Source of the DNA: Opitutia bacterium
GTDB lineage: Bacteria; Verrucomicrobiota; Verrucomicrobiia; Opitutales; T3Sed10-336
Reading direction: 5' to 3'
Assembly: GCA_003566885.1 (NCBI GenBank)
Contig: PXBO01000068.1
Coordinates: forward strand, 5,313-69,312
Length of the DNA: 64,000 nucleotides
In this document: positions 17,385 through 26,720 of the stretch, in pieces
Numbering within the stretch: position 1 is the first letter of the stretch
Layout: each line of letters starts with the position of its first letter
The notes under the pieces: generated by a model
The model's database searches: none
Seen by the model: only the letters and a program-made list of their open reading frames with translations
What the model was told of the DNA's origin: nothing
Program-made: the position numbers and the translations under genes

Positions 17385-19292
17385 ATGATGAAAAACCTCT
17401 TCCCCCTGGCCGGCGCTTTCGGTCTGGCCCTAAACTTCACCCCTTCATCGATCCAGGCCCAAACGCCCTGGGAGCACAACGAAGGTCTCCTCATTACCGA
17501 AGGCGCCACCAGTGACACGGTGGTCCTCAGTTGGTGGGGACGCATGTTCCACGCTTACGAAATCGAAGTATCGGATAATCTCATGCAATGGGATGCGCTT
17601 CCGGAGGTGATCGAGGGATTGGGAGCGCCCGTCGCTCGGGAACTGAATATTCCAGGGAGCGATAATCGATGGTTCATGCGTATTCGAAAGTCTCCACTGC
17701 CCATTCCTATCGCCGGTCTTTTTAGCGAAAACTCAAATTTGGAAGTTATCGCGGTGGACCACATTGGGAGCGAAGACATGCGCGGCGCCTTCTCGGGCGG
17801 CCAAGCCGACGGTCTCCCCATCGACAGCGGTTGGGTTTTCAGTACGGGGAAGGCGGAAGATTGGGATGATGTCAGTTCGCGTCAACGTGAGCAAATATTC
17901 GGGCCAGGCGATCCGGATTTGGAATATTGGATGCGAACGCAGGGTTTTTATCATTTTCGCCAAAACCCGGGGCCGCTTCTAAACTACGAGACACGGGATG
18001 CTTCCGGAATCACCTTTGATTTCGAGGTGGATCCGTCCGTTGCCCTTGGTGAGCTTCAAGTGGCGTTCTTTTTCGCTTCGGAGGAATACGAGATTCATCC
18101 GGACTTTGATCCCAAGAATGATGGAATGGCGATATTCGTTTCCGAAATCGATTGGAATGGAGAAGTCATCCCGGGCACCCGCGCCAATATCGGTGTACTT
18201 CCCGAAACGGAAACCCATAGTCGGGCGATCAGTGTGATGAATGCCGGTACTGTGCTCCATGAGGAGCAAGAGGATGTTGGCGTCAGCGCGAATGTTCAGG
18301 AGTCCGGTTTCACACTCAACAGCGCGAATCAACCTCCGAATTCCTTTGGATACGCCGGGTTTACCGGCCGATTTGTGGCAAGTGGAGGGCCGGCAGCGGT
18401 TTACGAGGACGTCAGTCTCAAAACACGGATACGCCAGGCGAACATCACCGACGGTGCAGGCCATGGCGAATACGGTTGGGGAGGCGTTGTCTTGCGCGGG
18501 CAACACGACCTCGATCATCAATTCTCCGGTTACGCCGTGGCTTTCGGCCGAAACTCGGGGGATGTTGTCTTCACGTTGTACAAAATTCAGGATCATAGAA
18601 CGTTTAATCCCAGTGATCCCATTCACGGTTATAATGTGCATTCGTCGATCATTCCCAACGACAACGACCCAACGTTCCCTTCGGATACGGTGGAGGTCCT
18701 GGAGTCCATCGAGGTCATGGATTTTGAATTCACCGAAGGAGAATGGTATTGGATTCGGGCGGAAATCGAAGGCGACACGATCAGGGCCAGGTTCTGGGAG
18801 GGCGATGAGGAAAACGAGCCGTCGAATTGGGCGATCGAATATTTTGACGATGAAGACCCCTTGGGACCGGGATTTCTTGGGCTGGTTCACTTGGATACCG
18901 GGAGCGATTTAGGCGCCGGAGGCGATCCGAGTGATAACAGTGACCTGCAATGGGATTTGTTCGAAGTGGACGATGGATCAACCGTTATCCGATCGGACTT
19001 TGGGAATGCACAAAACGGAAAACAAATTCCGTTCGGTTGGGTGAGTTCGAGTTTAGGCGCTCGGGAGTGGGAGATCCGTGAGGATGCTGGTTCGATTGGT
19101 GGAAAATACATCAAACATGATCTTGAAGGTGAGATTATCGTATCGATTCTGAGGTATGAAGGGCCAGGGAAGGTGGAGGGCGGCAAACGCTATCGCGTGA
19201 AAGCAGTGGTGGCGGATGCGGAGGATCCGGATTGGGATGCGGCGCTCTTTCTGGAGAACGGATCTATTGGAGTTGCGACGGTTTCCGAGTGA
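17385..19292 (+). CDS. Large secreted protein (possible choice-of-anchor-type plus concanavalin/LamG-like domains)
   Basis: The ATG at 17385 gives the signal peptide MMKNLFPLAGAFGLALNF...AQ. FFFASEEYEIHPDFDPKNDGMAIFV resembles choice-of-anchor domains; this is from my recollection and is not verified. The C-terminal GEWYWIRAEIEGDTIRARFW is lectin-fold-like. Confidence 0.55.
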   Translation: MMKNLFPLAGAFGLALNFTPSSIQAQTPWEHNEGLLITEGATSDTVVLSWWGRMFHAYEIEVSDNLMQWDALPEVIEGLGAPVARELNIPGSDNRWFMRIRKSPLPIPIAGLFSENSNLEVIAVDHIGSEDMRGAFSGGQADGLPIDSGWVFSTGKAEDWDDVSSRQREQIFGPGDPDLEYWMRTQGFYHFRQNPGPLLNYETRDASGITFDFEVDPSVALGELQVAFFFASEEYEIHPDFDPKNDGMAIFVSEIDWNGEVIPGTRANIGVLPETETHSRAISVMNAGTVLHEEQEDVGVSANVQESGFTLNSANQPPNSFGYAGFTGRFVASGGPAAVYEDVSLKTRIRQANITDGAGHGEYGWGGVVLRGQHDLDHQFSGYAVAFGRNSGDVVFTLYKIQDHRTFNPSDPIHGYNVHSSIIPNDNDPTFPSDTVEVLESIEVMDFEFTEGEWYWIRAEIEGDTIRARFWEGDEENEPSNWAIEYFDDEDPLGPGFLGLVHLDTGSDLGAGGDPSDNSDLQWDLFEVDDGSTVIRSDFGNAQNGKQIPFGWVSSSLGAREWEIREDAGSIGGKYIKHDLEGEIIVSILRYEGPGKVEGGKRYRVKAVVADAEDPDWDAALFLENGSIGVATVSE

Positions 19293-19330
19293 ATTCGGTG
19301 TCCAAAAGTTTCAAATTAACGGGAGGTAAC

Positions 19331-19963
19331 ATGAAAGAACTATTCAAGACCTTGCCACTGTTGGCATTCTGTGCGATCGCATACATTCCAAACTTAAGCA
19401 ATGCAACGATTGTTTATGTCGCCGATAAAGGATTTGAATTGAGCGATACGGAGGGCGAGTCGATGTCGTTTGCATTTGGCGAGGTGTCGCAGATGTTGAC
19501 CTTTCGTACATGGCTTGAAAGCGAGGATCAGCTTTGGTGGACGTGGGGCAGCCCAGGCGCACGGGTCCAAGGAATTTGGGATCCTGATTTTTCAGCCGCG
19601 CGATTGGAGGCCGGTATTGAGATTAGTGGAGATGTGAGTTGGGAGGACCGCATCGCTTCGTATTTGGCATCGACTTCTGGAGAAGGGAGCTTCTACGATT
19701 CGTTAGGCTTTGTTGGAGTGCGGGTTTACGAAGAATTCGCCGGTTGGCTCGATCCGAACGCCTTGCCGTACTACGGATGGATTCGTGTGGAGCACAGTGC
19801 TTCCGCGGGAACCTTGACCGTATACGACTGGGCCTGGAACAGTGTTCCAGGTGAACCGATCCTGGCGGGCGCCATCCCGGAGCCGCGCGTTTACGCGCTG
19901 AGTTTTGGGGTAGCGGCGTTAGCCTTCGTGGTTGCGCGACGTTTGAGGCGAAAACAGGTTTGA
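19331..19963 (+). CDS. PEP-CTERM sorting-domain protein
   Basis: GGGAGG lies 4 nt upstream of the ATG at 19331. The signal peptide is MKELFKTLPLLAFCAIA. The C-terminus IPEPRVYALSFGVAALAFVVARRLRRKQV shows the PEP motif, a TM helix and an Arg cluster. Confidence 0.75.
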   Translation: MKELFKTLPLLAFCAIAYIPNLSNATIVYVADKGFELSDTEGESMSFAFGEVSQMLTFRTWLESEDQLWWTWGSPGARVQGIWDPDFSAARLEAGIEISGDVSWEDRIASYLASTSGEGSFYDSLGFVGVRVYEEFAGWLDPNALPYYGWIRVEHSASAGTLTVYDWAWNSVPGEPILAGAIPEPRVYALSFGVAALAFVVARRLRRKQV

Positions 19964-20001
19964 ATTTTCGCCCGGCGGTGTTAGGTTTCGCTCGAAACGC
20001 T

Positions 20002-20613
20002 ATGAGGACGTGGAAAAGTGTCTTGTTTGGCCTGTGCCTCGTCTTTTCCCTGGTGTCGGCCGATGAAGGGGAGGATGTTGCCGTTCCGGAAATCCGCGAG
20101 GATCTTGAAACCGCACGCTGGTCGTTGTCGGGGTATATCGGGCAGGTCAGTTACACGCGCTTTAACGAGATCGTTCGTTTCGATACGGATTTCCGCTCTT
20201 CGTATGTCGCGGTGCTGGGCGCTACCCGAGTGCTGTACGATCACGGCATTTATGCTCGATGGGAGTGGGAGGGACAGGTGGCTCAACACTGGGGGAAACA
20301 GGACCATGCCGAACTCAACAGTGCGCTCCTGCTGAGATGGCGGCGGTTTCCCTGGGACGATATTTTGAACACGAGCGTTGCCCTGGGTGCGGGGCCTTCC
20401 TTTGCGTTGCAGGTTCCGGCCATAGAGCAGGAACGCCACGATCGGGCGTCGCGGGGTCTGTTCTACATGCCGTTTGAAATTGCGGCGGCATTTCGCGGCC
20501 GTGGATCCGGGGAAGTTTTTGTCCGGATTCATCATCGCTCAGGGGTTTTCGATCTGGTAAGCCGGGCTGGAGGATCCAACTTCGTGGGATTGGGGTATCG
20601 CTGGAAATTTTGA
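20002..20613 (+). CDS. Outer-membrane beta-barrel protein, PagL/acyloxyacyl-hydrolase-like
   Basis: Signal peptide MRTWKSVLFGLCLVFSLVSA. The protein has alternating amphipathic strands and a terminal ...GLGYRWKF with an aromatic OMP C-terminus. IHHRSG matches the His-x-Ser spacing of lipid A deacylases. The start could instead be the TTG at 19960. Confidence 0.5.
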   Translation: MRTWKSVLFGLCLVFSLVSADEGEDVAVPEIREDLETARWSLSGYIGQVSYTRFNEIVRFDTDFRSSYVAVLGATRVLYDHGIYARWEWEGQVAQHWGKQDHAELNSALLLRWRRFPWDDILNTSVALGAGPSFALQVPAIEQERHDRASRGLFYMPFEIAAAFRGRGSGEVFVRIHHRSGVFDLVSRAGGSNFVGLGYRWKF

Positions 20614-20656
20614 ATCCCGGTTCAGTCCGGTTTTGATTAGGGTTTGGGAAAGGCTG

Positions 20657-20692
20657 CTAGGAGTCTGTCGGGCTTTGCCGACAGACTCCTAG
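20657..20692. terminator. Bidirectional stem-loop between convergent genes
   Basis: Perfect 15-bp stem CTAGGAGTCTGTCGG / CCGACAGACTCCTAG with loop GCTTTG. The 3' arm contains the TAG stop (20689-20691) of the minus-strand TPM gene. Confidence 0.6.
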
Positions 20693-21381
20693 CTCGAGCC
20701 GGGGCGGGGATGCATGACGAGGACGTGATTGGGCAGTTCGTTGGGATTCAGTTCGCGGTCGGCCGGCAGGGCTTTCGCCAGATAGGGAGCGGCATCACGG
20801 ATGGGATCGACGAATGCGGATACAAAATCGCGGCGTTTGAGAGCGGTGACGGCAAGGTCACGAAGATGGGCGATTTCCTCATCGCCGAGGGCCTCCCGTA
20901 CCTGCTCGTCGGGAAGGATCGAAACCCGATGCTCGAAAAGGGAGACGTAGATGAGCAGTCCGGTCCGGTTGGCCGTGTTTGTGACAGCGCCCAACACAAA
21001 AGCATAGTTTGCGGCACCGTCGGTCTCGGCGACAATTTCCCTCTGGCTCACCACCAAACGACGAATCGCGGGTACCCGGTTGGCAAGGACGTTTCCGGCG
21101 ACGAAACCCACAACCACCGCCAGCGCCTGCCACCCGAGGTGCAGTGTGCTTGCACTCCAATCTCCAGGCGCTTCGGTCATCCAACCGTGGACCGTGTGCG
21201 ACAGACTCAGGGCAAGAAGGGCGAACGCGAGCCCGACGATCGACTCCGCGCGGTCGTATCGGCCCGATTCCGTGGCGATCGCACAAACGATTTCAGCGGA
21301 GGTTTTCTTCTCGGCCTCCGCGACTGCCTTCTCGATGCGTTTCCGGTCTTCGGGTTTGAATACGGTCAATGCGTTCATCAT
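20689..21381 (-). CDS. TPM-domain protein (TLP18.3/Psb32/MOLO-1 family)
   Basis: 230 aa. The N-terminal FKPEDRKRIEKAVAEAEKKTSAEIVCAIATESGRY is the characteristic TPM opening. TM helices follow. Confidence 0.7.
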   Translation of the reverse strand: MMNALTVFKPEDRKRIEKAVAEAEKKTSAEIVCAIATESGRYDRAESIVGLAFALLALSLSHTVHGWMTEAPGDWSASTLHLGWQALAVVVGFVAGNVLANRVPAIRRLVVSQREIVAETDGAANYAFVLGAVTNTANRTGLLIYVSLFEHRVSILPDEQVREALGDEEIAHLRDLAVTALKRRDFVSAFVDPIRDAAPYLAKALPADRELNPNELPNHVLVMHPRPGSS

Positions 21382-21393
21382 TCGATCTTTATT

Positions 21394-22356
21394 CTACCAA
21401 CTTCCCGAGGCCCCACCGCCGCCCGAAAAACCTCCAACGCCAAATCCGCCGCTCGATCCGAATCCACCGCCGGATCCGAAGATGCTGCCCCCTGATGAGG
21501 CACCCCGGTGGTCGTCGCGGCCAAGAAGCAATGCCAGGAGAATATACAGTATCCAGATGACGAATGCGCCAACGATCAACAGGATTCCTCCGGCGAGAAA
21601 CCACCACTCGGGAAAAGGAAAGAGGATGTTGAACGCCCTCGCGGCGAAAAACATTCCGATCATCCCGAATCCGCAAATGACCATTAGCGCGGTTGCCCAG
21701 AGAGGCACGGGAGTCGTTTCGAACGGACTCTCGTCGAGGCGCTCGGCGAATCCTTCCCACCGGTGCGGGGGCGATGCATCCGGACCAAGGGCGGCCATGG
21801 CCGCCAGTGCCGCGACTCCGGCTTCGACGCCGGCAGAGTAATCGGACTGCCGGAACTCGGGCACGATCTGCCGGTCCATGATCCGTGAACAGTGGCGATC
21901 CCAGCCGCGGCCCCAGTCGGCGCCCAATTCGATTCGCGCCTGACGGTCGCCGGTGCTCACGAGTAGAAGAATTCCCCGATTGATGAGGTCGCCGTCCTCG
22001 CTCCGTTTGCCAATCTGCCAGTGATTGAACCATTCGTAAGCGAAGTCTTCGATGGAATATCCCGCTCCCCCGTATTCGGCCATTCGATTGATGGTTACGA
22101 CGATAATCGGCGTGTCGTGAACTTCAAATGCTTCGAGCTGTAGCTCGCCGATTCGCTGCCCGAGTTCCGAGGGCAATGCGTTTGCATAGTCCTGGATAAA
22201 CCGTCCGTCTGTGGGGATGTCCGGGAGATTGAGACTCGCACGAGCGTCCCAACCGGCTGTTACGAGAGAGAACAGGCAGATTACCGCGGCCAGGAATCCC
22301 GGTGTTCGCGGGGAAATGAAGACTCCACCGGTATGTCTCGTAAACCAATTACCCAT
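21394..22356 (-). CDS. YgcG-like TPM-domain protein with a Gly-rich tail
   Basis: 320 aa. It has a signal/TM segment, then the TPM core (FIQDYANAL...IIVVTINRM...GILLLVSTGDRQARIELG), TM helices and the C-terminal GGSIFGSGGGFGSSGGFGVGGFSGGGGASGSW. Confidence 0.75.
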   Translation of the reverse strand: MGNWFTRHTGGVFISPRTPGFLAAVICLFSLVTAGWDARASLNLPDIPTDGRFIQDYANALPSELGQRIGELQLEAFEVHDTPIIVVTINRMAEYGGAGYSIEDFAYEWFNHWQIGKRSEDGDLINRGILLLVSTGDRQARIELGADWGRGWDRHCSRIMDRQIVPEFRQSDYSAGVEAGVAALAAMAALGPDASPPHRWEGFAERLDESPFETTPVPLWATALMVICGFGMIGMFFAARAFNILFPFPEWWFLAGGILLIVGAFVIWILYILLALLLGRDDHRGASSGGSIFGSGGGFGSSGGFGVGGFSGGGGASGSW

Positions 22357-22420
22357 GCCGATTATTGTCTACGAACTCTTGCCGGCCCTGGCAATCGGAA
22401 AGGAACGCGAAGGACGCGGG

Positions 22421-24808
22421 TCAATCGCCGTTTAACGCCCGCTCGATCCGGGCTGCGATATCCCGCAAATGGGCTTCGGAGACCGGGTTGGCGGCGCGGC
22501 CGTTCCGCGCGTTCACCTGGTCCCGAATAACCTCGAGTTCGGCGCGGGCCAGTGCCGGGGCGTCGGTGTCCTCGGCGGGATCTTCAATCAGCGATGAGAG
22601 GAACGCGACATGGGTTCGCTGCAGATTGCGCCGATAGACGTCGATAGACGGTTGGTCGCCGTTCAACTCCGACCACAGCCCGTCGGTGATGTCCCGAAAG
22701 AGTTCATGTGACGTATAGGTGTCGCCGTTGCGTTCGGCCAGTTCCGCCATCCGCTTGATTCGGTTTTGATGCAGCAGCAATCGCAACAAGGTTGCCTGTC
22801 TGGATAACATTCGGTCAGGCGAACCGCCGGCCTCCAAGCGCGACAGGATGTCTTCGGAAACGAACGTTTCGCTGGGAGTGGCCAAGCCATTGTCGAGCAG
22901 GAACCGCACGGCTTCGCGCTGCTTGTCAGGGTCAACCGGATGATATCGCCGGTCGGCATCGCCGTAGTACAGGTTGATCTCCTCGACGCCGCCCACGACG
23001 TTGGCCACATGGGCCATTTCCCGCGACCATTGTCCGAGCAGTTGGTCGTACATATTCGACAGCAGCGAATAGTCCTCTCCGGGGTTGCTGGTCGCCTCGA
23101 CGAGGTAACCGCTTACCCTTTCGAGATTGGCCAGGCCGAGCCGGGTGGCTTCGACCGCATCGTCGCCGAGGTCTTCGGTTTGCCGGGTCGGGTCTTCGGC
23201 CGGTGAAGCGTTGCCGAAGCGGTACATCGGTTCATCGATCTGCCGGGCAAGAATCTTTTCCAACGCTTCCTTTTCGTCGGCATCCTCGGGAAACTGGCGA
23301 TAGCCCCATTCAATCGAGAAATGATCATAGGGACCGACGGCGGGGAGCAGGGCGGCACCGTCACCCGGCTGGGCCACGTAATTGAACCGGGCATAGTCCA
23401 TAATCGACGGGGCGGTCCCGTACTTGGCGGTCCATTCCGGATCGCGAAGCTGTTCGATGGAATAGGCGCTGGAGGCCTTCATGTTGTGCGGAAGGCCGAT
23501 CGAATGGCCGACTTCGTGTGCCACGACAAACTGAATCAACTCGCCCATCAAATCGTCGGGCATCGGAAGTTTCTGCGCCCGTTCGTCGTTCGGCGATGCC
23601 TGGATGAAATACCAATCGCGGACCAGTTTCATCACGTTGTGATACATGCGTACGTCGGCGTTTAGGATTTCACCGGTTCGCGGATCGTTGACATGCGGCC
23701 CGAAGGCGTTGGCGGTTGAGGAAGGAAGCCAGCGGATGGTGCTGTAGCGGGCATCTTCGGGATCCCAATCGGGGTCTTCTCTCGGGTCGGGGGGTTCCTT
23801 GGCGATAATCGCGTTTTTGAAACCGGCGGCTTCAAACGCCGGCTGCCACTGCTCAATCCCTGCCCGCACATACGGCCGCCATTTATTCGGCACGGCCGGA
23901 CCGACGTACCACACGATCGGTTGGACCGGTTCGGATACCTCGGCGTCCGGGTCCTTTTTCTCCAGCCGCCAGCGGGTGATGTAGCGGATATCTTCGAGCT
24001 CGTGATTCGAGGAGTCGCCGAAATCCTGGAAGCGCACGCTGAAGTACCCGACTCGACTATCCCACCGTCGCGGCGTCATCGGGTTCTCCGGCAGCTTCGT
24101 CATGCTGTGGTGGACGATCGCCGTAATGCCGCTGGAATCGCCGCCCTGTCCGCCTCCTTGATTCCGGTTGGGGTTGAATGTCGCCAACACCTTGACTTCG
24201 ATGTTCCGGGGAAACGATTTGACTTGCTCCAGGAAGGTGCGGCCGCTGTCCATCGAACCCGCGCCGATTCGGTTGGCCGCACTAAACTCGGCCACCTCCG
24301 TTGTGAACAAATTACTGACGTCGATCACCGGCGCCCGGTCTTTGCCCCAGGCCTTGATTGGAAAGACCTTGATGATCGGTGCGACACTGGTGCGCTCAAC
24401 CGCGATCGCGATCGGATCATCGACGTCGGCACGGATCGTGTAGCGTACATCCCGCAGCAGGATGTTATCGCCGCGCCGCTCCCAGCGGACCGTACGGTCG
24501 CGGACCGGCATGCCCGCGTACGAATGCCCCGCCTGAGTCTGTGAAATCTGCGTGATCCACAACATGTCCTTGCCGAGTTCACGGGCCGGAATCTCGTACA
24601 GCAGCTTTTCGCCGTCGGTATGGGCCAGGAACAACCCCGGTTTGGTTGCAAACCCCTCGGTAACCACTTCGTCGTACGGTTTGATGTCCTCGTTCGAATC
24701 CGAGTCCTGTTCCCCGGTTTCCGACACTCCCGCCAGCGACCACGGCATCAGCAACACCGCGGCCGCCGACCAAATGAATGTCCTTGATCTGTTACGCATC
24801 GTTCTCAT
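22421..24808 (-). CDS. Secreted zinc metalloprotease (DUF4953/DUF5117-type)
   Basis: 795 aa with a signal peptide. The HEVGHSIGLPHN zinc-binding motif is present, and the surrounding IMDYARFNYVAQPGD is typical of this family. Confidence 0.85.
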   Translation of the reverse strand: MRTMRNRSRTFIWSAAAVLLMPWSLAGVSETGEQDSDSNEDIKPYDEVVTEGFATKPGLFLAHTDGEKLLYEIPARELGKDMLWITQISQTQAGHSYAGMPVRDRTVRWERRGDNILLRDVRYTIRADVDDPIAIAVERTSVAPIIKVFPIKAWGKDRAPVIDVSNLFTTEVAEFSAANRIGAGSMDSGRTFLEQVKSFPRNIEVKVLATFNPNRNQGGGQGGDSSGITAIVHHSMTKLPENPMTPRRWDSRVGYFSVRFQDFGDSSNHELEDIRYITRWRLEKKDPDAEVSEPVQPIVWYVGPAVPNKWRPYVRAGIEQWQPAFEAAGFKNAIIAKEPPDPREDPDWDPEDARYSTIRWLPSSTANAFGPHVNDPRTGEILNADVRMYHNVMKLVRDWYFIQASPNDERAQKLPMPDDLMGELIQFVVAHEVGHSIGLPHNMKASSAYSIEQLRDPEWTAKYGTAPSIMDYARFNYVAQPGDGAALLPAVGPYDHFSIEWGYRQFPEDADEKEALEKILARQIDEPMYRFGNASPAEDPTRQTEDLGDDAVEATRLGLANLERVSGYLVEATSNPGEDYSLLSNMYDQLLGQWSREMAHVANVVGGVEEINLYYGDADRRYHPVDPDKQREAVRFLLDNGLATPSETFVSEDILSRLEAGGSPDRMLSRQATLLRLLLHQNRIKRMAELAERNGDTYTSHELFRDITDGLWSELNGDQPSIDVYRRNLQRTHVAFLSSLIEDPAEDTDAPALARAELEVIRDQVNARNGRAANPVSEAHLRDIAARIERALNGD

Positions 24809-25113
24809 TCAACCTCCATTGGACCAATTATGTTTTGTTTCTTCGATTTGCCGTCCCGCACCGCACGGCGGGCCAGGTGTTCTAAAACAATGGCTCGTGG
24901 CGTGAGTGTGCTGAAGTTGCACGTAAACAGTCAAATGTAATATCGGAGGATTTTTATACGGCTTGTGACGGTTTTCGATACCTGGTAAAACCAACCGCCT
25001 TTGGTCTCGACAGAATGGGGCAGAAAAAATACTTTTCACCCAACAGGTGAAACTATCCAAGGTTTATGGTTTTTACTCAAGAGATGAAAACAATCCGACA
25101 AACGGACTGAGAA

Positions 25114-26265
25114 ATGAAGAATCTATTAAAAAAAGCAATGAGAACGGCAGGATTGGGGGTCTCGATACTTGCAATTCCGCTGACATCCGGAATATGCGAC
25201 CAGGAAGCGGAGAAGCCCGCAGCGACGGCGTTGAAAAACGCTTACGAAGGCGCTTTTTTGATTGGGGCCGCCCTGAATAACGGACACTTCACCGAGAGAG
25301 ATGCGGCGTCGGTTGAGATCATAAAAAGACATTTTAATTCCATTACGGCTGAAAATGTAATGAAGCCTGGCCCGCTGAATCCTGAACGAGGCGTTTACAA
25401 TTTCGAACCCGCCGATCAATTCATCGCCTTTGGTGAGGACAATGATATGTTCATAGTGGGCCATACTCTGGTCTGGCACAGCCAAACCCCAAACTGGTTC
25501 TACCAGGATGAGGAGGGTAACCGAAATAGCAGGGAGGCTCAAATTGAACGAATGCGCAGCCACATTAAAACCGTGGCCGGTCGTTATGCCGGGCGGGTTC
25601 ATGGCTGGGATGTCCTTAATGAGGCGCTGAACGAGGATGGTTCCTTGCGCCCGTCACTTTGGCGCCAGATTATTGGTGACGACTACATCCGCCTGGCTTT
25701 CCAGTTTGCCGAAGAATACGCGCCGGATACGGAACTCTATTACAATGATTACAACATGTGGCGCCCGTCAAAACGTGACGGCGCGGTGGCGATTGTAAAA
25801 GACCTTCAGGAGCAGGGAATCCGTATCGACGGTGTGGGTATGCAGGGTCACTGGGGAATTGATTATCCGGATCTCCAGCAAATAATAGACAGTATCGACG
25901 CGTTTGCCGCACTTGGAGTCAAGGTTCACATCACGGAGCTGGATGTTGACGTCCTGCCTCGTGAAGGAGGCCCGACGGCTGATATCGGTGCGACCCAGGC
26001 AATGGGAGAGGCGATGAATCCATGGCCTGACGGACTTCCTGTTGAAGTGGAAGAGGCGCTGGCCGAGCGATGGGGTGATTTCTTTCAGATCCTCTACGAC
26101 CGTCGGGATGTTATCGACCGCGTAACGTTTTGGGGAGTTCATGATGGCCAGTCATGGAAGAACAACTTTCCGGTGCGGGGCAGAACGAACTACCCGCTGC
26201 TTTTTACACGTCAGCATGAACCAAGACCGGCATTTGATACGGTTATCGCGATTCCGCAACAGTAG
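25114..26265 (+). CDS. GH10 endo-1,4-beta-xylanase
   Basis: 383 aa with a signal peptide. Motifs are ITAENVMKP, GHTLVWHSQTP, WDVLNEAL (acid/base), YYNDYN and HITELDVD (nucleophile). Confidence 0.9.
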   Translation: MKNLLKKAMRTAGLGVSILAIPLTSGICDQEAEKPAATALKNAYEGAFLIGAALNNGHFTERDAASVEIIKRHFNSITAENVMKPGPLNPERGVYNFEPADQFIAFGEDNDMFIVGHTLVWHSQTPNWFYQDEEGNRNSREAQIERMRSHIKTVAGRYAGRVHGWDVLNEALNEDGSLRPSLWRQIIGDDYIRLAFQFAEEYAPDTELYYNDYNMWRPSKRDGAVAIVKDLQEQGIRIDGVGMQGHWGIDYPDLQQIIDSIDAFAALGVKVHITELDVDVLPREGGPTADIGATQAMGEAMNPWPDGLPVEVEEALAERWGDFFQILYDRRDVIDRVTFWGVHDGQSWKNNFPVRGRTNYPLLFTRQHEPRPAFDTVIAIPQQ

Positions 26266-26720
26266 GCCCGATGGCCGGATCTAGGGGGAATGACACTCGG
26301 ATAAGGTCGTTTTCCGTAGCGAATCTTCCACTGAGGAGTCGAAACGAGAGGCGTCCGGGACACGCCCGGGTCGACACCTTTGCAGGCGTCGCTACGACGA
26401 GTGCCCTTAGTCGAGCAGCATTCGATCTAGGGGCATTTGCCAAGTCAAATGAGAATACCGCGCGTAATCGAGTCTTCGGATTTTCTTCGGTAGCGTCGCC
26501 GCTTGCGGCGGCCTTCCAGGCGCAGGCCCGTGCAAGCGCGGACGCCACGACGAACGCGACCACCAGCCCCTCGGAGTATGCCTCGGGCCCGCGCGATCCC
26601 ACAAGGGCGGGACACAAGAAGAACGCAGTGGATATCTGTTTCTCCCAAAACTTAATGATGCACGGCATACGTTACTTCTTGCCTTGAATAAGGGCCGGAG
26701 CCGTTCCAGTCTGACGCAAT

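Noticed and set aside
21080-21841. 253-aa Pro-rich plus-strand ORF (PPPPEKPPTPNPPLDPNPPPDP...)
   Set aside because: Its proline run is the antisense reading of the Gly-rich tail (GGGFGSSGGFG) of the YgcG-like TPM gene. It spans two real minus-strand genes.
26331-26345. CTGAGGAGTCGAAAC, reminiscent of the hammerhead ribozyme core (CUGANGA ... GAAA)
   Set aside because: There is no room for stem II between the two boxes, and I could find no flanking stems I/III or a cleavage-site triplet in register. It is most likely chance.
26284-26700. Considered tmRNA, RNase P RNA, SRP RNA or 6S RNA in the large gap (GGGGG...GAC start and several hairpins)
   Set aside because: There is no tRNA-like acceptor/T-arm pairing of the 5' and 3' ends. 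There is no tag reading frame ending in a hydrophobic tail plus stop. The conserved RNase P (GAGGAAAGUCC) and SRP (GGAA/AGCA) boxes are absent. The region is kept only as an unassigned finding.
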